Shown here in pieces: positions 56,176 through 64,000 of a stretch of DNA of 64,000 nucleotides (its first letter is position 1; every line of letters begins with the position of its first letter). Below the pieces are notes generated by a model that did not search any database, was not told the origin of the DNA, and saw only the letters and a list, made by a program, of their open reading frames with translations. The translations under genes and the position numbers were made by a program. The DNA comes from Bdellovibrionales bacterium. Its GTDB lineage: Bacteria > Bdellovibrionota > Bdellovibrionia > Bdellovibrionales > UBA1609. The DNA lies in the NCBI GenBank assembly GCA_041690295.1, contig JAWLHR010000006.1, positions 1-64,000 of the forward strand, given 5' to 3'.

Positions 56176-57294
56176 ATGGAATTGGATATCATGATTTTGC
56201 TCGGGGGCCTGGCCATCGGGCTCGGCACATTGGCCTCGGCGGGATACTATTTCGCCCGCTATTTCATTAAAACCGATGATGAAAAAGCCGCTGAACTGAT
56301 CAATAAGGCCGGCGCCGAAGCCATCCGGAAAAGTGAGGAGGAACCACACGAAGAACCTCTTCCGCCTCTGCCATCTTTAAAGCGCGCACTGAAATGCACT
56401 CGGGAAAATTTTTGGGGTCAAATTCAGCGTCAGCTGTTGGGCAGCGGCCAGATTCAGGGCGATCAACTCGAAGTTTTGGAAGAAATTCTTTACACCAGCG
56501 ATCTCGGCACGGCCACTGTCACTCGATTGATCGATTCCGTTGAATCCCAACTCTCCCGTCAAGAGAAAAAGTCGCTGGATGTGGTGAAGAGTTCGCTCAA
56601 ATCGGAAGTTGAATCCATTTTGACGTCCGTGCCGAAGATGGGGCGCTCGCCGTTTGAAAACTTCAGTGAGCGTCCCAAACCGCAAGTGTGGATGATCGTG
56701 GGTGTGAACGGCGTGGGAAAGACCACAACCATCGGCAAGCTCGCGTATCTGGCCGCCCAGCAAGGGGCGAAGGTTTTGGTGGCGGCGGGAGATACATTCC
56801 GGGCGGCGGCGCAATCGCAGCTGAAAATCTGGACCGAACGCGCGCAAGTGGAGATTTTTTCGCCCGAAGGTGTGACTGATCCGGGAGCCGTGGCCTTCGA
56901 TGCCGTGCAAATGGCCGCTGCTCGAAAATATGATCTGGTGTTGATCGACACCGCCGGACGTTTGCACACGCAAGACAATTTGATGGACGAGCTAAAAAAG
57001 GTGAAACGGGTGATTCAGAAACTCAATCCCGAAGCACCCCATGAAACCTTGATCGTGCTTGATGCGAACAGCGGTCAAAATGCCCTTGTGCAAGCGCAGA
57101 AATTTCACGAAACCCTGAAACTCTCCGGCGCCGTTTTTACCAAAATGGACGGCACCGCGAAAGGTGGCGTAGTTTTGGGCTTGGCCGCCCAGCTTCAAAT
57201 TCCAACGGTGTTTTTAGGTGTGGGTGAAAGCATGCAATCACTCACTTCGTTCAATCCCGGCGAATACGCTGAGGCCCTCTTCGAAGCTCAGTAG
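56176..57294 (+). CDS. ftsY: Signal recognition particle receptor FtsY (N-terminal TM)
   Basis: GVNGVGKTTT, DTFRAAA, DTAGRL, TKMDGTAKGG. Confidence 0.95.
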   Translation: MELDIMILLGGLAIGLGTLASAGYYFARYFIKTDDEKAAELINKAGAEAIRKSEEEPHEEPLPPLPSLKRALKCTRENFWGQIQRQLLGSGQIQGDQLEVLEEILYTSDLGTATVTRLIDSVESQLSRQEKKSLDVVKSSLKSEVESILTSVPKMGRSPFENFSERPKPQVWMIVGVNGVGKTTTIGKLAYLAAQQGAKVLVAAGDTFRAAAQSQLKIWTERAQVEIFSPEGVTDPGAVAFDAVQMAAARKYDLVLIDTAGRLHTQDNLMDELKKVKRVIQKLNPEAPHETLIVLDANSGQNALVQAQKFHETLKLSGAVFTKMDGTAKGGVVLGLAAQLQIPTVFLGVGESMQSLTSFNPGEYAEALFEAQ

Positions 57295-57338
57295 CTAAAA
57301 GCTTGCTCCCGGCGGCAAAACCGGGTGCAATGATTAAG

Positions 57339-58970
57339 ATGGCGCATTCAGCTTTGGTTCTTACCTTCGGAGGCGTGGCACTTTTCGAGCTAGGCATGAG
57401 GCTGGCGAGTGAACACCTGCAGGTGATCGCCGCCGACCGGATTCGCGACATCGTTACCACTCTGGCCCGTAAGCCCATCTGGGGCGTTTTTCTAGGGGTT
57501 GGCCTCACACTTATCTTGCAAAGTTCAGCCGCGGCGACCACTCTTCTGGTGGGTTTGGGGGCGGCCGGAGTGATCACACTTCCCCAGGTCATGAGCGTGA
57601 TCTTGGGAACCGCGATCGGCTCCACATTCACCGTTCAGATTCTCAGTTTTAAACTTTCGCAGATCGGCTTGCCGGTCTTCGCGGTGTTTTTCTTTATTAA
57701 CTTTCTTTCTAAAAACAACGTGGTCCGCAATATTTCCGCGGCGGCCATGGGATTCGGCTTGATCTTTTTCGGTTTGGAAATGATCGGGCTTGGTACCGCC
57801 AGTCTCAAAAACGCCGAGGCCTTCAGTGGATTCGTCAAGACGTTGAGCGACACTCCCATGTACGCCATTCTCATCACCGCATTGTTTGCGGCTGTGGTTC
57901 ACTCGAGTGCCGTGACGATTTTGCTCGGGATGACTTTGGCGGGGCATGGCCTGATTTCGCTTCACGATGCGGTTTATTGGATTTTTGGTGCCAACATCGG
58001 AACAACGGCCACAGCGCTTGTCGCCGCGGCGGGAGGCAACTATGTGGGCCGTCAAGTGGGCTGGGCCCATACGTTTTACAAAATCGCCTCAGTGGTGATC
58101 TTCCTTCCCTTCGGCACGTGGACCGCGGACTTTTTGTCGTCGGGCTATGTGGAGCGCGACATCGCCAACTTTAATACGGTTTACAATCTGATCACCGCAT
58201 TGATCTTTTATCCCTTCACCCACTACGGCGCGAGATTGGTGGAAAAGCTTTTTCCGCCAAGCAAAGAGGAGCGCCAGTTTTCGGTTAAGTATCTCAACAA
58301 GAAGGACTGGGAGTCTCCATCGGTGGTTCTGGCCCATGCCGAACGCGAAGCCTTGCGAATGGCGGATATTGTGACCAGCATGATCGAGGATTCGCTCAAA
58401 ATGTTCCGCACCGAAGACCCGGCACTGATCGAAGACATGCGGCGAAGGGATGACCGCGCCGACCTTTTGTTCCGCGAACTGAATCTCTACTTGGCCCGTC
58501 AGATTGAACGCGCGCCCGAGAGCACCCGCGGTCAGATGCTTAAAATCATGTACTTCGTCACCGATCTGGAAGCCGCGGCGGATGTGGTCGAAAATCAGCT
58601 TCTGGAGCTCGCGCAGAAAAAGCACCATTTGAAAGTGGATTTTTCGCCAGAGGGCTGGGCCGAGCTTGAGGAACTCCATGCGGCCGTGACGCAAATCGCC
58701 CAAATGGCCATTGCTTGTTTTCAGACCCAGGACAAAGACCTTGCGGCGAAAGTGGTGTTTCACAAACGCAATGTGCGACGCCTTGAGCATAAAATGCGGG
58801 AATCTCACATGTCGCGCCTCGTCCGAGGCACTCCCGAATCGGTCATAACCTCAAGTATTCACTTGGATGTTCTGGGTGAGTATCGCCGGATCGTGGGACT
58901 TTTATCGAACCACGTCTATTCACTATTGAAGGATGCCGATCCCTATGGAATCCTTCCCCGTCGGGAATAG
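57339..58970 (+). CDS. Na/Pi cotransporter family protein with PhoU-like domains
   Basis: QSS and HSSA repeats, GANIGT, helical C-terminal domain; start approximate. Confidence 0.9.
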   Translation: MAHSALVLTFGGVALFELGMRLASEHLQVIAADRIRDIVTTLARKPIWGVFLGVGLTLILQSSAAATTLLVGLGAAGVITLPQVMSVILGTAIGSTFTVQILSFKLSQIGLPVFAVFFFINFLSKNNVVRNISAAAMGFGLIFFGLEMIGLGTASLKNAEAFSGFVKTLSDTPMYAILITALFAAVVHSSAVTILLGMTLAGHGLISLHDAVYWIFGANIGTTATALVAAAGGNYVGRQVGWAHTFYKIASVVIFLPFGTWTADFLSSGYVERDIANFNTVYNLITALIFYPFTHYGARLVEKLFPPSKEERQFSVKYLNKKDWESPSVVLAHAEREALRMADIVTSMIEDSLKMFRTEDPALIEDMRRRDDRADLLFRELNLYLARQIERAPESTRGQMLKIMYFVTDLEAAADVVENQLLELAQKKHHLKVDFSPEGWAELEELHAAVTQIAQMAIACFQTQDKDLAAKVVFHKRNVRRLEHKMRESHMSRLVRGTPESVITSSIHLDVLGEYRRIVGLLSNHVYSLLKDADPYGILPRRE

Positions 58971-59076
58971 GGCGATGCAGCATAAGTTTCCAGCTACCTT
59001 TTCCCCTATCAATTCAATATTATAACGAGTGATTGATGAAGAAGGGCCCGGTTAGGGCGTAATCCTTCAGTTTAGA

Positions 59077-59418
59077 ATGTTATTTGAGGACCGTATGCAC
59101 CCTGAAAGCACAGCCAAAGCAGAGACCTACGAGGTGCAAGTGGCAGGTTTGCCGCTCCGGCTCAAATCCACGCACGATGAACAAACAGTGCAAGAATTGA
59201 TTGAACTCATTGATCATAAAGTCAAAGAGGCATTGTCCTCCAGCTCGAACATCTCATTTCAGAAGGCACTCTTGCTGGCGTCACTCCACGTTGCGGAAGA
59301 CCTGGTGTATTTGAAGCGAGCCGTTCGCAGTCGACTGGATCTTATTGAGAAGAAAGCCAAAAACATTCTAACCGAATTGGATTCCGCACCCGTCGCCCGA
59401 CTGACCATCGACCAATAA
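59077..59418 (+). CDS. zapA: Cell division protein ZapA
   Basis: YEVQVAG..L.L....DE..V......D..V....LLASL..A; sits just before ygfA. Confidence 0.8.
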   Translation: MLFEDRMHPESTAKAETYEVQVAGLPLRLKSTHDEQTVQELIELIDHKVKEALSSSSNISFQKALLLASLHVAEDLVYLKRAVRSRLDLIEKKAKNILTELDSAPVARLTIDQ

Positions 59419-59421
59419 CTT

Positions 59422-60030
59422 TTGACGATCGGTTTAAGGTTGGAATTGGAAAAGCTCAGTTTAAAAGGTGAGAAGTCGGTTTTTCGCCGGCGCTTCCGCG
59501 AGTTGCGTAAAGAATTCGCCAAGGAGCGCGGCCCCGCGGCGGAAAAGCAGATTCAAAGCCACATCAAGCGCTGGCTCCGGGATTTTATCGTGCCCGACGT
59601 GCAGGTTTGCGCTTATCGCTCCCAGCCGGATGAGGTGAACCCGTGCGTTTGGCCTTTGACCAAGTTGTATTTCCCGCGCATCGAAGAACGCGACCTCGTG
59701 TTCTATCGGCCGCAGTCCACTGAAGCTTTTGTTAAAAACCGATTCGGAATTTTGGAGCCCGATCCCGAGCGGGCGGAGCGCTTGAAGCCCGAGCGCCCCA
59801 CCATCGTGCTTTGCCCCGCGGTGGCGGTCGACAGTTTGGGGCGCAGGATCGGATTGGGCGAAGGTTACTACGATCGTTTCTTAGGCACGATGCCGCAAGC
59901 GATTCGCGTCGGCGTCGTTTTCCACGTTCAGGTTTCCCATGATCCACTCCCCGCAGAAGGTTGGGATCAGTTACTGGACTGGGTGATTACGGAAAAGATG
60001 ATTCTGCGGGTTTCGCAAAGGAGCTTTTAA
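59422..60030 (+). CDS. ygfA: 5-formyltetrahydrofolate cyclo-ligase
   Basis: FGILEP, PAVAVD..G.RIG.GEGYYDRFL, WD..LDWVITE; true start may be the TTG at 59440 or 59446. Confidence 0.88.
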   Translation: MTIGLRLELEKLSLKGEKSVFRRRFRELRKEFAKERGPAAEKQIQSHIKRWLRDFIVPDVQVCAYRSQPDEVNPCVWPLTKLYFPRIEERDLVFYRPQSTEAFVKNRFGILEPDPERAERLKPERPTIVLCPAVAVDSLGRRIGLGEGYYDRFLGTMPQAIRVGVVFHVQVSHDPLPAEGWDQLLDWVITEKMILRVSQRSF

Positions 60031-60033
60031 GCC

Positions 60034-61605
60034 ATGGAGTTAAATGATCTTCTATTTTTGATGGCTGGCCTGAGCATCGGCGGCTTCGGACTTTACATGA
60101 TTTTAAAATTGTCCGGTCAGAAAACTTTGCTCTCCGCTGAGAAAGAAGCCGAAAAAATCATTCAGCGCGCCCGCGGCCAGGTGGCCAAGATCGAGCGAGA
60201 CGCCACTCAACGGGCCAAAGATTTTGAAGCCCGGGCCCGCAAAAACGTCGAAGTCGAGATTCGCAAAGAGAAACAAAAAATCCAAAACATGGAGAACCAA
60301 CTCCGTGAGCGCGAGAATAAACTTGAGCGCGAAATCAAACGCCGTGAAGAGCAGCTCAATCAAAAAGCGCGCGAACTGGATGAAAGCAGCGAACGCATTC
60401 AGGTGACCGAAAAACGCCTGATGGAGATGGAACAAAAAACCCAACAGCAGATCAGCGAACTTGAGATGAAGTTGCAATCGGTGGCCAGCATGACGCCGGA
60501 GCAGGCGAAGAACGAATTGCTGAAGGCCATGACCGAAGACGCCCGGCGTGAACTCGCGGCGAAGGCGGCGCAAATTGAAGAAGAAGTCATGCAAGACGCC
60601 ACTCGCAAAGCCCGCCGGATATTGGCGACCGCGGTGGCCCGTTACGCTTCGGAAGTGGCCACTGAGCGAACCGTAAGCTCGATCCCGCTTTCGGGTGAGG
60701 AGATGAAAGGAAAAATCATCGGTCGTGAGGGACGTAACATCCGCGCGCTTGAAGCCGCATGCGGCGTGGACTTGATCATCGATGAAACTCCGGAAACCGT
60801 GATCATTTCCAGTTTCGATCCGGTTCGGCGCGAGATCGCCCGCAAGTCCCTTGAGCGGTTGATGGAAGACGGTCGTGTTCACCCGGCACGTATTGAGGAA
60901 GTGGTTGAAAAAGTAAAATCCGAACTCTTCACCTCGATGCGTGAAGAAGGCGAGAAGGTTTGCTTTGAACTTGGCATTCATAACGTGAAGCCCGACATCG
61001 TTCGCGTTCTCGGCGGACTTAAATACCGTCAGGGTGAAGGGCAAAATCTTCTGGCTTACAGCCAAGAGGTGGCTCATCTTTGCGGATTGATCGCCGAGGA
61101 AATCGGTGCGGATCCGAAACTCGCCCGTCGCGCGGGTCTGTTCCACGCCATCGGTCGCGGTCTCGACCACACCTTCGAGGGCAGTTACGCGCAAGCCGGT
61201 GCGGATTTCTTAAAACGCAACGGCGAGCGGGATGATGTGGTGCACGCCGTACGTTCGCACAATGACGAGGTGAAACCGGTTTCAACGCTCGCGCACATCG
61301 TGCAATCGGCCTTCAATCTCACGCGTTCACGCCCTGGGGCCCGCCGGCAGAATCTCGAAGCCTTCATTAAGCGCTTGAGCGATCTTGAGTCCGTGGCGAA
61401 CTCTTTTGACGGCGTGGCTCGCAGTTACGCCATTCAAAGCGGAAAAGAAATTCGTGTGATCGTGGATAGCGGTAAAGTCACCGATGACCAGGCCACCATG
61501 CTTTCGCGTGATATCGCGCGCAAGATCGAGCGCGAGTTGAATTACTCCGGCCAGATCAAGGTCGCGGTTGTGCGTGAAACCCGCATCGTCGAGCATGCGA
61601 GGTAA
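60034..61605 (+). CDS. rny: Ribonuclease Y homolog with degenerate HD domain
   Basis: N-terminal TM, coiled coil, KH ([13 protein letters not shown]), [17 protein letters not shown]. The HD motif reads FHAIG. Confidence 0.9.
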   Translation: MELNDLLFLMAGLSIGGFGLYMILKLSGQKTLLSAEKEAEKIIQRARGQVAKIERDATQRAKDFEARARKNVEVEIRKEKQKIQNMENQLRERENKLEREIKRREEQLNQKARELDESSERIQVTEKRLMEMEQKTQQQISELEMKLQSVASMTPEQAKNELLKAMTEDARRELAAKAAQIEEEVMQDATRKARRILATAVARYASEVATERTVSSIPLSGEEMKGKIIGREGRNIRALEAACGVDLIIDETPETVIISSFDPVRREIARKSLERLMEDGRVHPARIEEVVEKVKSELFTSMREEGEKVCFELGIHNVKPDIVRVLGGLKYRQGEGQNLLAYSQEVAHLCGLIAEEIGADPKLARRAGLFHAIGRGLDHTFEGSYAQAGADFLKRNGERDDVVHAVRSHNDEVKPVSTLAHIVQSAFNLTRSRPGARRQNLEAFIKRLSDLESVANSFDGVARSYAIQSGKEIRVIVDSGKVTDDQATMLSRDIARKIERELNYSGQIKVAVVRETRIVEHAR

Positions 61606-61607
61606 AG

Positions 61608-62828
61608 ATGTTCCTTGAGCCGGCGGAGCAGCTGAAGCAGCTGAAGAAAGGAACGGTGGAAATCGTCAGTGAGGCGGAGCTGCTGGCGAAACTCAAAAAA
61701 AGCTTTGAGACCGGAGAGCCTTTGCGCATCAAAGCCGGGTTCGATCCGTCACGTCCTGATCTTCACTTGGGACACACGGTTTTGCTGAATAAGATGAGGC
61801 AGTTTCAGCGCCTTGGCCATCATGTGATTTTTCTGATCGGTGATTTCACGGCCATGATCGGCGATCCAACCGGGAAGAATGAAGCCCGCCCTCCGCTTTC
61901 GCCCGAAGAAATCAAGGACAATGCGGAAACTTATGCTCGTCAGGTTTATAAGATTCTCGATAAAGAAAAAACGGAAGTCGCATACAACAGCACGTGGATG
62001 ATGAAGTTCACCGCCGCGGATTTCGTGCGCCTCACCAGCCAATACACGTTGGCGCGCATGCTTGAGCGCGATGATTTTTCAAAGCGGTTCCAGTCGCAAA
62101 CGCCGATTCATTTACACGAACTCTTGTATCCCTTGGTGCAAGGATATGATTCGGTGGCATTGAAGGCGGACGTGGAGCTTGGCGGAACAGATCAGAAGTT
62201 TAATCTTCTCGTGGGACGCGATTTGCAAAAATCCGCGGGGCAAGAGCCGCAAGTGATTCTCACGGTGCCTATTCTTGAAGGTCTCGACGGCGTTCAGAAA
62301 ATGTCGAAGAGCCTCGACAATTATATCGCCGTGGAAGATTCGCCGCGGGACATGTTCGGTAAAACCATGCGGGTATCCGATGAGTTGATGTTCCGTTACT
62401 ACGAGCTTCTCACCGATATTTCGGTGGAAGAACTTGAGCAGTTGAAAGCGGATGTTCAATCCGGCCGCAAGCATCCCCGTGACGTCAAAGTCGAACTTGG
62501 GCGCATTCTCGTGGATCGTTTTCACGGCGAAGGTGCGGGCCAAAAAGCTGTTGAAGAGTTCAACCGCATTTTTGTCGACAAGGGATTGCCGGATGAAATT
62601 CCGGTTTTTGAAACCTCGGCGCAAAAGGAACTTTGGATTTGTAAGTTGATGGTGGAAGCCGGACTTGCGTCATCGAGCAGCGAGGCTCGACGATTGGTTG
62701 AAGGTCGCGCTGTCGAACGAGACGGTCAAAAAATCGAAGATCCCAAAATGAAAGTGGATTTGAAATCGGGCGATAACTTCGTGTTGAAAGCCGGCAAAAA
62801 GAAGTTCGTCCGTGTGCAGGTGAAGTGA
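61608..62828 (+). CDS. tyrS: Tyrosine--tRNA ligase
   Basis: [25 protein letters not shown]-terminal S4 domain. Confidence 0.97.
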   Translation: MFLEPAEQLKQLKKGTVEIVSEAELLAKLKKSFETGEPLRIKAGFDPSRPDLHLGHTVLLNKMRQFQRLGHHVIFLIGDFTAMIGDPTGKNEARPPLSPEEIKDNAETYARQVYKILDKEKTEVAYNSTWMMKFTAADFVRLTSQYTLARMLERDDFSKRFQSQTPIHLHELLYPLVQGYDSVALKADVELGGTDQKFNLLVGRDLQKSAGQEPQVILTVPILEGLDGVQKMSKSLDNYIAVEDSPRDMFGKTMRVSDELMFRYYELLTDISVEELEQLKADVQSGRKHPRDVKVELGRILVDRFHGEGAGQKAVEEFNRIFVDKGLPDEIPVFETSAQKELWICKLMVEAGLASSSSEARRLVEGRAVERDGQKIEDPKMKVDLKSGDNFVLKAGKKKFVRVQVK

Positions 62829-63265
62829 TGAAGGTTAAATTTCTTCCGCAAAACGTGGAATACGAAATCAAACCGGGCCAGTCGGTGATGGACTTGGCCC
62901 ACGAGCACGAGTTGCCCATTCGATCGACGTGCAACGGACTTCCTTCCTGCGCGGAATGCCGGGTGCGGGTGGTGGATGGCGAATGGAATGTGAATCCTCC
63001 GTCACGCAAAGAGCTGAATTTGATTGGAACGGGTTACTACATCGATCAGCGGCGCTTGTCGTGCCAAATGATTTGCTTTGGAGACGTGACCGTTGACTTA
63101 TCCGAGCAGGTTGAAAAAGCCGCCGAGGGTCCGGTCACCAAGAAATTCCTCACCAAAGTCCACAAATCCTCCGCTGCCGAAAGCCACTCTCTGGGCGGTG
63201 TTTTGATCGAACAAGACGAAAAACTTCTTAAAGAACTTAAGCGCGACCGCCGCCGCAGAAGGTAG
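62828..63265 (+). CDS. 2Fe-2S ferredoxin
   Basis: C-x5-C-x2-C (STCNGLPSCAEC) plus RLSCQ. Confidence 0.9.
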   Translation: MKVKFLPQNVEYEIKPGQSVMDLAHEHELPIRSTCNGLPSCAECRVRVVDGEWNVNPPSRKELNLIGTGYYIDQRRLSCQMICFGDVTVDLSEQVEKAAEGPVTKKFLTKVHKSSAAESHSLGGVLIEQDEKLLKELKRDRRRRR

Positions 63266-63285
63266 GCCGTTCCAAATCAGGATGC
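63259..63285 (+). repeat. 27-bp dispersed repeat (REP-like), copy next to the RAYT 3' end
   Basis: Identical to 54506-54532; contains the ferredoxin TAG stop. Confidence 0.8.
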
Positions 63286-63302
63286 AGCACGAAAAAACCT
63301 GA

Positions 63303-63944
63303 CTAAAAGACAAAATCTGCGGGACGAACGTACTTGCGAGAGTGATTGGTTTTCTGAAAATGGAATTTTTTCCGTGCCAAAGCTTTTCCGACTTCGATGA
63401 AGTCATCCGAACTGCCCGTATTCAGCCAGGCTAAATGTTCAAGATCTAAATTCGGATTAAATAATAAAGTATCGAACTCCAGAGGAAAACTGAGTGGTCC
63501 GAACCCGAGGAGACGGAAAAGCGTGCTGTAACGATAGGTTTCGACTGAGGTGGCCAGACCGGCTTCAACTGGGTTTCGGTAAAGATACTTGTATGCATTA
63601 AAAAAATAATGATTGGAATCTAATAGGCACGGATAATAGGGCCTTCCCCATGTCTGGTTGATCCGCCCGGAAGCGCGCGAAATGTATCGACTGACTTCTC
63701 TTTGGAAATGATTCATGCCCTCGGGAAGGTTACTGAGCGGAGTTGAGACAATCAGATGGTAGTGGTTCGACATTAATACGAACGCGTGGATGCGGAACGA
63801 AAATCCATGGTGGAGTAGAGAAAGATAGTCGCTACACAACTCCCACATTTCTTCCATGGGCACTCTGAACCAATCGCGGTTAATTGAGCGTGCAGTGACA
63901 AAGTACGGGTAAATGTTTTGATTGACGGATTTTGTTCGAGGCAT
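63303..63944 (-). mobile_element. REP-associated tyrosine transposase (RAYT / IS200-like Y1 HUH)
   Basis: YFVTAR, FVLMSNHYHL (HUH), YLYRNPVEAG (catalytic Tyr plus NPV), YRYST. Confidence 0.85.
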
Positions 63945-64000
63945 GACTCACACTAAAAAGTGCAAGACTTAATCAACACCTATTCACTTCTTAATTTTTG

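Overview
About 64 kb of a bacterial chromosome that looks like a Bdellovibrionota (Bdellovibrio-like) predator. This is inferred from the MAT-type fibre adhesins, an FQNC-motif protein, a stand-alone c-di-GMP-I RNA and a RAYT-type transposase. Core blocks: spoVG-degP, the moxR/DUF58/batABCD-slt-mltD operon, a GT2/epimerase/DegT glycosylation cluster, and glyQS-ppdK-smc-mtnN-ftsY-Na/Pi-zapA-ygfA-rny-tyrS-fdx. The best candidate for an undescribed system is a small island 3' of tRNA-Gln (12068-16366, minus strand) that looks like a crocagin-type RiPP cluster. It contains a 43-aa precursor ORF missing from the ORF track (ending ...SSYDIWTTI, with a strong RBS, a sigma54-like promoter and a downstream hairpin), a MATE exporter, two M29-aminopeptidase-fold CgnB/CgnE-like proteins and an Fe/2OG dioxygenase. 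Also notable: two convergent mosaic fibre genes sharing near-identical inverted DNA (possible tip swapping or gene conversion), an RNase Y with its HD catalytic residues replaced, a head-to-head deletion scar flanked by MITE/REP-like inverted elements, and a 27-bp repeat linked to the RAYT. All family calls come from motif recognition by eye; no searches were run.
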